NCBI GenBank assembly: GCA_963707215.1 | Contig: CAVPPB010000001.1 | Span: 128,001 to 192,000, forward strand | From: an uncultured Chloroflexia bacterium | GTDB taxonomy: Bacteria > Chloroflexota > Limnocylindria > Limnocylindrales > CSP1-4 | Length of the DNA stretch: 64,000 nt | Direction: 5' to 3' | Program-made: the position numbers and the translations under genes | In this document: positions 47,873 to 57,466 of the stretch, piece by piece | Layout of the letters: each line of letters opens with the position of its first letter | How positions within the stretch are numbered: position 1 is the first letter of the stretch | The notes under the pieces: model-generated | What the model was told of the DNA's origin: nothing | Seen by the model: only the letters and a program-made list of their open reading frames with translations | Databases searched by the model: none

Positions 47873-49203
47873 CGGCCGACCCCGACGCGGACCGGCGGCA
47901 GCGCGGTGGCGATGTCCCGGCGCCGCTGCATCCCGGGCCAGCGGACCAGGTCGGCGGCGGCCTCCGCGGTCGCCCGCGCATCGGCGAGGTCGCCACCCCG
48001 ACCGACGATGGTCAGGACCCGCCCGCCGTCGGCCACCCATGTGCCGGAGGCCCCGGCCCGCGTGCCGGCGTGGAAGACGAGGGCCCCGGTCGCGGCGGCC
48101 GCGTCGAGGCCGTCGATCGGGTCGCCGCGGACCGGGGTCTCCGGGTAGCCGGCCGATGCCAGGACGATCCCGACCGCGGCCCCCGGAAGTGCCGGCAGGG
48201 ACGGTTCCGGAGGATCCGGGAGGGCCCCGCGGGCCGCGGCCAGCAGCCATGGCCCGAGCGCACCAGCGAGCCGCGGGAGGATCACCTGGGCCTCGGGATC
48301 ACCGAGCCGTGCGTTGCACTCCAGGAGCACCGGGCCGTCGGCCGTGAGCATCAGGCCTGCGTACAGGAAGCCACGGAACGGCGTTCCCCGCCGGGCGAGC
48401 TCTCGGAGCAGCGGTTGGTGGACCGTCCCGAGGATCGCCTCGACCGCGTCGTCGGGCAGGTCGGGCACCGGCGAGTAGGCGCCCATGCCGCCGGTGTTCG
48501 GTCCCGCGTCGCCGTCCTGGAGGCGCTTGTGGTCGCGGGCTACCGGGAGGGCGACCGCCCGGCGGCCGTCGCAGATCGCGATGACGCTCGCCTCGCGCCC
48601 CTCGAGCCGCTCCTCGACCACGAGGGTCGGATCGTCCCCCCGGTCACCATCGAGCATCCCAGGGATGCGCTCGAGGGCCTCGAACAGGTCGGCACACACC
48701 ACGACCCCCTTGCCCGCGGCGAGGCCGTCGGCCTTGAGGACGATGCCCCGGCGGGAACGATCGAGGGTCTCCGCCCAGGACCGAGCCGCCTCGCGGTCGC
48801 CTGGTCGGAACGTCCGAGCCTCGGCCATCCGGACCCCGGCCGCCTCCGCGACGTCGTGGCAGAAGGCCTTGGAGGTCTCGATGCGGGCCGCGGCGGCGGT
48901 CGGGCCGAAGCAGGTCATGCCCGCCTCGGCCAGGGCGTCGGCCACGCCCGCAGCGAGCGGGGCCTCGGGTCCGACGACGACGAGGTCCGCGGACGATGCC
49001 CGGGACGCTCGGACCACGGCCGCCGGATCCAGCGGATCGAGGTCGGCCAGGCGACGGACCCGGGGGACGGCCGAGATGGCGTCGGACCCGGGAGCTGCGA
49101 CGACGACGTTCATCCCGGGCTCGTCGGCCAGCTTCCAGGCCAAGGCGTGCTCCCGCCCGCCGGAGCCGACGAGAAGCAGGGTCGTCGGGGCGATCAACGG
49201 CAC
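47869..49203 (-). CDS. purD: Phosphoribosylamine-glycine ligase
   Basis: GSGGREHAL, GLAAGKGV, GPNTGGMGAYSP, NARLGDPE. Confidence 0.97.
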   Translation of the reverse strand: MPLIAPTTLLLVGSGGREHALAWKLADEPGMNVVVAAPGSDAISAVPRVRRLADLDPLDPAAVVRASRASSADLVVVGPEAPLAAGVADALAEAGMTCFGPTAAAARIETSKAFCHDVAEAAGVRMAEARTFRPGDREAARSWAETLDRSRRGIVLKADGLAAGKGVVVCADLFEALERIPGMLDGDRGDDPTLVVEERLEGREASVIAICDGRRAVALPVARDHKRLQDGDAGPNTGGMGAYSPVPDLPDDAVEAILGTVHQPLLRELARRGTPFRGFLYAGLMLTADGPVLLECNARLGDPEAQVILPRLAGALGPWLLAAARGALPDPPEPSLPALPGAAVGIVLASAGYPETPVRGDPIDGLDAAAATGALVFHAGTRAGASGTWVADGGRVLTIVGRGGDLADARATAEAAADLVRWPGMQRRRDIATALPPVRVGVGR

Positions 49204-49237
49204 GGCGCCGCTCCGGCCCGGGGACGGACCGTCCCGC

Positions 49238-50560
49238 TCATCCAGGCCGTCCGGGCACGCCGGTGGGCCGGTGGCGCATCGGCCGCCAGGCGCGTTCGAT
49301 CGTCTGGGTCCGCTCCGGACCGACCGACACGAGCACGATCGGCACGCCGGCGAGTTCCTCGAGGGCTGTCACGTAGCGGCGAGCGGCCTCGGGCAGGTCG
49401 GCCAGCGAGCGAACGCCATGGATCTCGGCCTCCCAGCCGGGGAGCGTCTCGTAGACGGGGACCGCCGCGGCGAGCACGTCGGCCGAGGAGGGCCAGGCCT
49501 CGACACGCCGCCCGTCGACCTCGTAGGCGACGCAGAGCCGCAGCTCCTCGAGACCCGACAGGATGTCGAGCTTGTTGAGCATGATCGAGCTGACGCTGTT
49601 GACGGCGACGGCGTACCGGAGCGGCACCGCGTCGAACCAACCCACCCGCCGGCGACGACCCGTCGTCGTGCCGAATTCGTGGCCACGGGTAGCGATCCGC
49701 TCGCCCAGGTCGCCGTCCAGCTCGGTCGGGAACGGCCCGGCCCCGACGCGAGTGGCATAGGCCTTCATGACCCCCATGACCTCGTCGACCTGGAGCGGTC
49801 CGATCCCACCCCCCGTGCAGGCCCCGCCGGCCACGGGGTTCGACGAGGTCACGAACGGGTAGCTCCCGTGATCGAGGTCGAGGAGCGTCCCCTGGGCACC
49901 CTCGAGGAGCACGTGATCGCCCCGGGCGAGGGCGTCCTGGACGAGCCATGTCGCATCGACGAGAAGCTCCTCGAGGCGCTCGCCCCAGGCCGCGGCCTGG
50001 GCGACCAGGGGCTCGACCTCGAACTGGTCCAGGCCGTGGACGACCGCCAGGACCGCGTTGACCTCGGGCAGCAGGCGTTCCAGCTTCCCCCGGAGCCGGG
50101 CAGGTTCCAGGAGATCCTCCATCCGGAGCCCGGTCCGGGCTGCCCGGTCGCGGTAGGCGGGGCCGATCCCCCGCTGGGTCGTGCCGACTCTCGCACCACC
50201 GAGCGAGGCCTCGTGAGCACGGTCGAGCGCCACGTGGTAGGGCATGATCACGTGGGCCGCCCGGCTGACCCTGACGCGGCTCGCGTCGATGCCCCGTTCG
50301 GCCAGCCCGTCGAGCTCGGAGATCAGCGTGGCCGGGTTGACGACGACGCCGCTGCCGATGACCGAGGTGATGTGCGGGTAGAGGACGCCCGAGGGCACGA
50401 GGTGGAGCTTGAAGACCTCGTCGCCCAGGACCACCGTGTGGCCGGCGTTGTCGCCGCCCTGGTAGCGGACGACCATGGCGACCTGCTCGGACAGGAAGTC
50501 GGTGGTCTTGCCCTTCCCCTCGTCGCCCCACTGGAGGCCGACGACCACGGTGGCCGGCAT
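49238..50560 (-). CDS. purA: Adenylosuccinate synthetase
   Basis: QWGDEGKGK, QGGDNAGHT, EGAQG, EFGTTTGRRRRVGW. Confidence 0.98.
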   Translation of the reverse strand: MPATVVVGLQWGDEGKGKTTDFLSEQVAMVVRYQGGDNAGHTVVLGDEVFKLHLVPSGVLYPHITSVIGSGVVVNPATLISELDGLAERGIDASRVRVSRAAHVIMPYHVALDRAHEASLGGARVGTTQRGIGPAYRDRAARTGLRMEDLLEPARLRGKLERLLPEVNAVLAVVHGLDQFEVEPLVAQAAAWGERLEELLVDATWLVQDALARGDHVLLEGAQGTLLDLDHGSYPFVTSSNPVAGGACTGGGIGPLQVDEVMGVMKAYATRVGAGPFPTELDGDLGERIATRGHEFGTTTGRRRRVGWFDAVPLRYAVAVNSVSSIMLNKLDILSGLEELRLCVAYEVDGRRVEAWPSSADVLAAAVPVYETLPGWEAEIHGVRSLADLPEAARRYVTALEELAGVPIVLVSVGPERTQTIERAWRPMRHRPTGVPGRPG

Positions 50561-50777
50561 CAGGTCGCCCTCGCGAGGTCGCCGACAGGGTCCGGGCCTC
50601 GTGTGCCGAGACGCGCCGGGGCCGGGATACACGCCTCCCTTGGGTCGCCGCCGGAGCGGCGAGAGGTCGTTCCGAGACCACCGTGCCGCCTCACGGGACG
50701 ACCGCGGCGCCCTCCTCGCGCAACACTCCCCTCCAGGATCGGCGGGCCGTGGCCCGCGGGCGTTCGAGGACGGCGGG

Positions 50778-50786
50778 AGTATAGCA
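50778..50786 (-). promoter_or_regulatory. Extended -10 promoter of the pur operon
   Basis: TGCTATACT on the minus strand, about 220 nt upstream of the purA ATG. Confidence 0.65.
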
Positions 50787-51022
50787 GCGGGCACCCCGGC
50801 TTCGCGCCGTGACGACGATCCTGACGCTGGTGCCGGCCGGCCGCCCGTCGCGCTCGACGGGCGCACGAGCGCTCGCCGGCGAACCGGGCGACAAGTGCCG
50901 GGTGAGGGCCGCGCAAGTGCCGCCGACTATGGTCCGGTCACCCGTCGAGCCCGCCGAGTCGGACCCGCCGACGGAAGCGGTCGAGCCGGCCCGCCGGCCG
51001 ACCCAGCGAGGAGAGTGGACCG

Positions 51023-51439
51023 ATGAACAGGGTCCTGATCACCGGGCGCCTGACGCGCGACCCGGAGTTGCGCAGCCTGGCCAGCGGCCGCCATGTGACG
51101 ACCTTCACGGTCGCCACCAACGAGTACGCCGGCCCAGGCAAGGAGCGATCGGAGTACCACAGCGTCGTGACCTGGGAGCGGCTCGCCGAGATCTGCGGCC
51201 GCTACCTCGGCAAGGGCATGACGGTCGCCCTCGAGGGGAGGATCCAGACCCGGACCTGGGACGACGACCAGGGCAAGCGGCATTGGAAGACGGAGATCGT
51301 CGCCTCGAACGTCGAGATGCTCTCCGGCCGAACCAAGAAGGACTACGCGGCCGAGATCGCTGCCGACGCGCTCGAGGCACAGGCCGATGGCCCGACCACC
51401 GACGCGACAGTCGTCGAAACCGTCGACGAGGCTGCCTGA
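51023..51439 (+). CDS. ssb: Single-stranded DNA-binding protein (short, no IPF tail)
   Basis: MNRVLITGRLTRDPELR, YLGKG..EGRIQTRTW, TEIVA. Confidence 0.93.
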   Translation: MNRVLITGRLTRDPELRSLASGRHVTTFTVATNEYAGPGKERSEYHSVVTWERLAEICGRYLGKGMTVALEGRIQTRTWDDDQGKRHWKTEIVASNVEMLSGRTKKDYAAEIAADALEAQADGPTTDATVVETVDEAA

Positions 51440-51478
51440 CCGCCCGCTCCTGCGGCCGCGCCCCCCTCCGTGGCCGCC

Positions 51479-51521
51479 TCGACCGCCCCCGGCGCGCCCT
51501 CCCGCGCCCGGGGGCGGTCGA
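51479..51521. terminator. Hairpin between convergent ssb and rsmI
   Basis: 14-bp inverted repeat tcgaccgcccccgg / ccgggggcggtcga. Confidence 0.6.
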
Positions 51522-51581
51522 ACCCCCGCTCGAGGGCGATCGGCCCAGCGATCGCTTCGGTCCCCGCCGGCCGAGGCCGGG

Positions 51582-52478
51582 TCAGCGGGCTCGCTCGTCG
51601 TAGAGGCGCCGCCGCGACAGCCCGGTCTCGCGGGCGACGCGACGCGCCGCCTCGGCACGACCCATACCCTCGCCGACCAGGGCATCGACCCGCGCGCGAG
51701 CGGCGACCTCCAGCGCGGCCGGGTCCAGGTCCTCGAGCCCGGCCCGCGCGTCGCGCGCGCCGGGCCAGTGCCCGATGATGATCGTCATCTCTCCCCTGGC
51801 AGGGATGCGGCCGATCATGGCGGCCTCCGCCAGCTCGCCGAGCGTCCCGCGAACGACCGACTCGTGCATCTTCGTGAGCTCCCGGCAGACCGCCCCCGGG
51901 CGCTCGGGACCGCAACGCTGGGCAAGGTCGCCCATCGTGCCGGCGAGGCGGTCGGGGGCCTCGAAGAGGATCGCGCCACGCTCGTCGCCGGCGAGGCGGT
52001 CGATGCGCTCACGGCGCTCGCGTCCGCTCCGCGGCAGGAACCCCTCGAACGACCAGCGGGGCCCGGCGATCCCCGTGGCCGCGACGGCCGCAAGGGCGGC
52101 CGAGGGTCCCGGGATGGGGATGACCGCGCCGCCCTCGCTACCCCAGGCGGCAGCCAGCTCGGAACCCGGATCGCTGATCCCGGGCGTCCCGGCGTCGGTC
52201 ACCACCGCCAGGTCCCGTCCTTCCCGGAGCTGCCCCAGGAGCTCGGGCAGGCGCTCCGTCGCGTTCCTGGCCCGGAAGCTCGTCAGCGGGGTGTCGATGC
52301 CGTGGCGGACCAGCAGGCGGCGGGTGACCCGGGTGTCCTCGGCCGCGATCAGGGGGACGGCGCGGAGGGTCTCGAGGGCCCGAAGGGTCACGTCGGCCAG
52401 GTTGCCGATCGGAGTGGCGACGACGAACAGGCGTCCACCCTGCGTGCCGGTCGCCGCAGGGTCGCGGTCCCGGGTCAC
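51582..52478 (-). CDS. rsmI: 16S rRNA C1402 2'-O-methyltransferase
   Basis: LFVVATPIGNL, AEDTR, DAGTPGISDPG, RELTKMHE. Confidence 0.95.
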   Translation of the reverse strand: MTRDRDPAATGTQGGRLFVVATPIGNLADVTLRALETLRAVPLIAAEDTRVTRRLLVRHGIDTPLTSFRARNATERLPELLGQLREGRDLAVVTDAGTPGISDPGSELAAAWGSEGGAVIPIPGPSAALAAVAATGIAGPRWSFEGFLPRSGRERRERIDRLAGDERGAILFEAPDRLAGTMGDLAQRCGPERPGAVCRELTKMHESVVRGTLGELAEAAMIGRIPARGEMTIIIGHWPGARDARAGLEDLDPAALEVAARARVDALVGEGMGRAEAARRVARETGLSRRRLYDERAR

Positions 52479-53371
52479 GTCCGGGCCGAGCCGGGACGCC
52501 GCCTCGGGTAGAGGTAGTCCAAGCCGGCCGTCCTCGGCCCAAGCTTGGCGATCGGTGGGACCTGGCGCTTGAACTCGGAGCTCGCGACCATGCGGTCGAC
52601 CCGGGCGACGACCGCCGGATCGAAGCCCATGGCGACCAGCTCCTGGTGCGACCGCCGGCGGTCGATCATCCAGTAGAGGATGCGGTCCAGCAGCGGGTAG
52701 CTGAACCCGCCCTCGGACTCGTCGGTCTGGCCGGGCCACAGATCCGCCGACGGAGCCTTGCGGACGATCGTGTCCGGGACGCCGATCACCTCGGCCAGCT
52801 GGCGGACCTGGCTCTTGTAGAGGTCGCCGATGGGGTTGAACGCGCAGGCCGAGTCCCCGAACAGGGTCGTGTAGCCGATGAGCGCTTCGGTCTTGTTGCC
52901 GGTCCCGACGACCAGGCCGCCCCAGTTCGCCGAGTGGTCGTAGAGCACGGCCATTCGCATCCGGGCCATGAAGTTGCCGCGTCGGAGCGCGTCGGCTTCC
53001 GCGCCGCTGGAGCCCAGTGCCCCGTCGTCGTCCCGGCCGAAGTAGCCGTCCACCATCGGACTGATGTCCACCAGGGCCGACGCGCAGTCGAGATGGCCGA
53101 CCACGGCCTCGGCGTCCGCCCTGGATGCCGGCGACGAGGTCCGATAGGGCATGAGCACGCAGAGGAGGCGCTCCGGCCCGATCGCCTCGGCGACCAGGTA
53201 GGCGACCAGCGCCGAGTCGATCCCTCCCGAGAGGCCGAGGACGGTCCGCTCGAACCCTGCCTGGCGTAGCTGACCGCGGATGAACTCGCCGATGCTCCGC
53301 CGGGCGACGTGGGTGTCGATGGCGAGCTCCTCGGGCAGCTCATACGCTGGTGCGCCGTGCTGTTCGGTCAC
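52475..53371 (-). CDS. nadE: NAD+ synthetase (synthetase domain only)
   Basis: GLSGGIDS, GNFMARMRM, GTGNKTE, KAPSADLW. Confidence 0.95.
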   Translation of the reverse strand: MTEQHGAPAYELPEELAIDTHVARRSIGEFIRGQLRQAGFERTVLGLSGGIDSALVAYLVAEAIGPERLLCVLMPYRTSSPASRADAEAVVGHLDCASALVDISPMVDGYFGRDDDGALGSSGAEADALRRGNFMARMRMAVLYDHSANWGGLVVGTGNKTEALIGYTTLFGDSACAFNPIGDLYKSQVRQLAEVIGVPDTIVRKAPSADLWPGQTDESEGGFSYPLLDRILYWMIDRRRSHQELVAMGFDPAVVARVDRMVASSEFKRQVPPIAKLGPRTAGLDYLYPRRRPGSART

Positions 53372-54306
53372 CGTGATCCCTCCGGGTCGCCGTCGTCCCC
53401 GCCACTGCTCCATTCGTCGGGATCGCCGCCAGCCTGAGCGTCGAGCCCGGCCCGTTCGGCGATGACCCGCCGGAGCTCCCGGACCTGCAGCTCCAGCCGC
53501 TCGTCGCGCAGCAGCGGCAGGGAGATCCGCTCCCGGCGGACGTCGGCCAGCGAGGCGTCCACCAGGAACAGGCCCTCCTCGTACATCGGGGCCGCGAAGA
53601 TCGTCTCGCCGCTCGGCCCGACGACCTCGGACCCGCCCCAGAAGGACAGCGACTCATCGACCCCGACCCGGTTGACGAAGACGACGACGCTGGTCGTGAG
53701 CTGGGCGTAGGCCCGCATCAGGGTCCGCCACGACGTCGCCGTTCCCGGTCCGGCCTCGTTCCGGGCCGCCATGTCACGCCCGGGCGATGACGACACGTTG
53801 ACCAGGATGCGGGCACCGTCGAGGGCGAGCAGCTGGGGGATCGCGAGATGCCAGAAGTCCTCGCAGATGCCGATCCCCACGCCGATCCCCGATCGCGACC
53901 GGACCGCCCGGACCCGATCGCCCGGAGCGAAGAAGCGGCGCTCGTCGAACAGTCCATAGGTCGGCAGGTAGACCTTGCGGTGGACGTGGCGGACCTCCCC
54001 GTCCTCCAGGAGGGCGGCCGCGATGAAGAGGCGGTGATCGTCGGACTCCTCGACGAACGAGACCACGGCCGCCAGGTCGTCCGTCTCGGCCGCCAGGTCG
54101 AGGAGCCGCGGATCGTCCCGGGTCATGGCGACCTCGGCCGCAAGGTCCTGGAGCAGGTAGCCGGTGAGGCCGAGCTCGGGGAAGACGACCAGCTCGGCCC
54201 CGCTATCGCGGGCCTCGTGCATGACGACCCGGTGCCGGGCCAGGTTCTCGTCGAGCAGCCCCAGGTGTGGCGCCGTCTGAGCCAAGGCGATCCGGATGGT
54301 TCCCAC
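53368..54306 (-). CDS. Carbon-nitrogen hydrolase (nitrilase family), probable glutaminase partner of NadE
   Basis: Triad FPEL, RKVYLPTYGLFDERRFF, ICEDFW; overlaps the nadE start. Confidence 0.88.
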   Translation of the reverse strand: MGTIRIALAQTAPHLGLLDENLARHRVVMHEARDSGAELVVFPELGLTGYLLQDLAAEVAMTRDDPRLLDLAAETDDLAAVVSFVEESDDHRLFIAAALLEDGEVRHVHRKVYLPTYGLFDERRFFAPGDRVRAVRSRSGIGVGIGICEDFWHLAIPQLLALDGARILVNVSSSPGRDMAARNEAGPGTATSWRTLMRAYAQLTTSVVVFVNRVGVDESLSFWGGSEVVGPSGETIFAAPMYEEGLFLVDASLADVRRERISLPLLRDERLELQVRELRRVIAERAGLDAQAGGDPDEWSSGGDDGDPEGSR

Positions 54307-54501
54307 GACCGGAGTCTAGCGCCCGGGCCGGACCGCCCGAGCCGGGCGACGAGGACCTGTTCGGGACTGGCGCAGGCTACCGCCCCGATGCTAGGCTTCC
54401 CGGACCCGCACCACGTGCCGGCGTATCGCCAGCGGGTCAGTCGCTCCACGCCGTCGCGACCCTTCGGCGCACGGCGGGAGCCGAATGGAGGAGGCAAGGG
54501 G

Positions 54502-56283
54502 ATGACCCTGAACCGGAGGCGATCGACGCTGCTCGCGCTCAGCGCGGCGACGGCGATCCTCGTAGCCGCCTGTGGCGGCGCCGCGACCCCGTCCCCGTCG
54601 ACGGCGCCCAGCGAGGCCCCAGCGTCCGAGGCGCCCGCATCCGCGGAGCCCTTCGACGCCATGGCCTACCCGCTCGAGGGCGAGGTCGACTGCGAGGGCG
54701 GGACCTTCAACGGCAACCCGTACACAGGCCAGTTCAAGAAGATCTACGCGACCGACGCGCGGACCGTGGTCTTCGAGCTCTGCACGCCGGACGTGGCGTT
54801 CCTGTCGAAGATCGCGTTCTCGGCGTTCGCGATCAACGACACCGAGTGGCTCAAGGCCAACATCGACCCGAGCGTCGAGCAGAACCAGGCCATCGTCGAG
54901 AACGTCAACGGCACCGGGCCCTTCAAGCTCAAGGAATGGAAGCGGGGCCAGGAGATCGTCATGGAGGCCAACCCCGACTACTGGGGTGACGTCGCCAAGG
55001 CCCAGACGCTGGTCTTCCGCTGGAGCGCTGAACCGGCGCAGCGGCTCACCGAGCTGCAGGCCGGGACGGTCGACGGGATCGACAACCTCGCCGCGACCGA
55101 CTTCAGCATCGTCGAGGGCGACCCGAACCTGCAGCTCGAGCCGCGGGCCGCGCTCAACGTCATGTACTTCGGCTTCAACAACAACCCCCAGAACCCGGGC
55201 TTCGACAACAGCGCGAACCCCCTGGCCAACGAGCAGGTCCGCCAGGCCATCGCCATGGGGATCGACCGCCAGCGGATCGTCGACAACTTCTACGCCCCGG
55301 GGACCGAGGTCGCGACCCACTTCACGCCGTGCGCGATCCCGAACGGCTGCGCCGGCGAGGAGTGGTACGACTTCGACCTCGACGCGGCCAAGCAGATGCT
55401 CGCCGACGCCGGCTACCCGAACGGCTTCAGCACGAAGATCCAGATCCGCGACGTCGCTCGGTCGTACGTCGCGGAGCCCGTCGCGGTGGCGACGGACCTG
55501 CAGGCCCAGCTCAAGACGCTCGGCATCACCGCCGAGATCGAGGTCCAGGAGTCGACCGCGTTCATCGACAACGCGGACGCCGGCCTGCTCGAGGGCATCC
55601 ACCTGCTCGGCTGGGGTGCCGACTACCCGGACGTCACCAACTTCCTCGACTATCACTTCGGCGCCGGCGCCTCCAAGCAGTTCGGCGACAAGTTCGACGA
55701 CATCACCTCGGCGCTCCAGGAAGGCGCCGCCGGCGCCTCGGACACCGAGCGGGAGCCGGCCTACGTCGAGGCCAACAACGCCGTCAAGCAGCATGTCCCC
55801 ATGATCCCGATCCTGCACGGCGCATCAGGGCTGGCGTACCTGGCCGATGTGGAGGATGCGCACGCATCGCCGCTCGGCAACGAGTACTTCGCCGTCATGA
55901 CACCCGGTGACCGTGACCAGTTCGTGTGGCTCCAGAATGGCGAGCCGGGCGGCCTCTACTGCGCCGACGAGTCGGACGGCGAGGCCCTCCGTGCCTGCGA
56001 GCAGATGCTCGAGTCGCTCTACTCCTACGAGATCGGCGGCACCGCCGCCGAGCCGGCGCTGGCCGAGGTCTGCGCGCCGAACGACGACCTCAGCATCTGG
56101 ACATGCACGCTCCGAGAGGGCGTCACGTTCCACGACGGAGCGACGCTCGACGCGAACGACGTCGTCCTGTCGTACGGCATCCAGTGGGACGCGGAGGATC
56201 CGCTCCACAAGGGTCGCGACGGCAGCTTCTCGTACTTCCCAGGTCTCTTCGGAGGCTTCCTGAACCCGCCGGCGGCGGAGTGA
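54502..56283 (+). CDS. Family-5 peptide-binding lipoprotein (DppA-like), circularly permuted
   Basis: Lipobox LVAAC; GTGPF, NPDYWG, VRQAIAMGIDR; LREGVTFHDG at the C-terminus. Confidence 0.9.
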   Translation: MTLNRRRSTLLALSAATAILVAACGGAATPSPSTAPSEAPASEAPASAEPFDAMAYPLEGEVDCEGGTFNGNPYTGQFKKIYATDARTVVFELCTPDVAFLSKIAFSAFAINDTEWLKANIDPSVEQNQAIVENVNGTGPFKLKEWKRGQEIVMEANPDYWGDVAKAQTLVFRWSAEPAQRLTELQAGTVDGIDNLAATDFSIVEGDPNLQLEPRAALNVMYFGFNNNPQNPGFDNSANPLANEQVRQAIAMGIDRQRIVDNFYAPGTEVATHFTPCAIPNGCAGEEWYDFDLDAAKQMLADAGYPNGFSTKIQIRDVARSYVAEPVAVATDLQAQLKTLGITAEIEVQESTAFIDNADAGLLEGIHLLGWGADYPDVTNFLDYHFGAGASKQFGDKFDDITSALQEGAAGASDTEREPAYVEANNAVKQHVPMIPILHGASGLAYLADVEDAHASPLGNEYFAVMTPGDRDQFVWLQNGEPGGLYCADESDGEALRACEQMLESLYSYEIGGTAAEPALAEVCAPNDDLSIWTCTLREGVTFHDGATLDANDVVLSYGIQWDAEDPLHKGRDGSFSYFPGLFGGFLNPPAAE

Positions 56284-56315
56284 CGGGAGTCCGACCTGAC
56301 CTGACCTGAGACCTC

Positions 56316-56347
56316 GCAGGGGGGCGCCGTCCGCGGCGCCCCCCTGC
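56316..56347 (+). terminator. Intercistronic hairpin after the SBP gene
   Basis: Perfect 14-bp stem gcaggggggcgccg-tccg-cggcgcccccctgc. Confidence 0.7.
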
Positions 56348-56386
56348 TGCATACCCTGAGCCCACTTCGGAGTCGCCGACCGGCCG

Positions 56387-57463
56387 ATGGCCCGCTACAT
56401 CATCCGCCGCCTGCTCTCCAGCATCCCGGTCATCTTCGGGGTGATCTTCCTCGTGTTCATCCTCGCCCGAGTCATCCCGGGCGATCCATGCGTGGCCACG
56501 TATGGCGAGAAGGCGACCGAGGAGGTCTGTGACGCGTTCAATGCTCGCTACGGGCTCGATCTGCCGATCTGGCAGCAGTTCCTCATCTACCTCGGCGCCC
56601 TGCTCCAGGGCGACCTCGGGACCTCGATCCGCTTCGGGCGGCCGGTGTCGGAGATCCTCATCGAGCGGCTGCCGATCACTGTCCAGCTCACGATGTTCGC
56701 GCTGTTCTTCGCCAGCATCGTCGGGATACTGCTCGGGCTTGCGTCGGCCACCAGGCGGAACTCACCGGCCGATGTCGGGACGATGGTGGTCGCCAACCTC
56801 GGTGTCTCGACCCCGGTCTTCGTCCTCGGGCTCGTCCTTCAGATCATCTTCGCCGTCTGGCTCGCCGGGACGTTCCTCGCTTTGCCGCCATCCGGCGTCT
56901 TGACGCCGGGCACCGAAGTCGTGCCGATCTACGCGGCGTGGGGCTTCCCCGACTACGACGGGTTCCTGAAACCGCTCCTCGACTTCGTGTCCAACATGTA
57001 CATCTTCAACGGCATCCTGACGCTGAACTGGGACCTCTTCTCGGACGCGGTCGCGCACATCATCCTTCCCGCCATCGCGGTCGGGACGATCCCCCTCGCG
57101 ATCATCGCCCGGATGACCCGCTCGAGCCTGCTCGAGGTCCTCGGCCTGGACTTCATCCGGACCGCCCGGGCGAAGGGGCTGCGCGAGCGGCTCGTCGTCG
57201 TCCGTCACGGGATGCGGAACGCCCTGCTCCCGGTCGTCACGGTCATCGGGCTGTCGGTCGCCGGCTTCCTGTCCGGTGCCGTGCTCACCGAGACGATCTT
57301 CAACCTGCCCGGGGTCGGGAAGACCCTCTTCGAGGCCATCCAGGGTCGCGACTACATCGTTGTCCAGGGGATGACCATCGTCGTGGCGATCGGCTACATC
57401 CTCGTCAACCTCATCGTGGACGTCAGCTACGCGTTCCTCGACCCACGGATCCGGCTGGGCTGA
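56387..57463 (+). CDS. Peptide ABC permease (DppB/OppB)
   Basis: GDLGTS, RTARAKGL, TETIFNLPGVG, LDPRI. Confidence 0.93.
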   Translation: MARYIIRRLLSSIPVIFGVIFLVFILARVIPGDPCVATYGEKATEEVCDAFNARYGLDLPIWQQFLIYLGALLQGDLGTSIRFGRPVSEILIERLPITVQLTMFALFFASIVGILLGLASATRRNSPADVGTMVVANLGVSTPVFVLGLVLQIIFAVWLAGTFLALPPSGVLTPGTEVVPIYAAWGFPDYDGFLKPLLDFVSNMYIFNGILTLNWDLFSDAVAHIILPAIAVGTIPLAIIARMTRSSLLEVLGLDFIRTARAKGLRERLVVVRHGMRNALLPVVTVIGLSVAGFLSGAVLTETIFNLPGVGKTLFEAIQGRDYIVVQGMTIVVAIGYILVNLIVDVSYAFLDPRIRLG

Positions 57464-57466
57464 GCC

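Noticed and set aside
50561-50777. Assignment of the purA leader to a known riboswitch (guanine, ZTP, PRPP/ykkC) or 6S RNA
   Set aside because: Consensus nucleotides not found by eye; kept only as an unassigned candidate.
56293-56309. (GACCT)3 short tandem repeat after the SBP stop
   Set aside because: Too short; no evidence of function.
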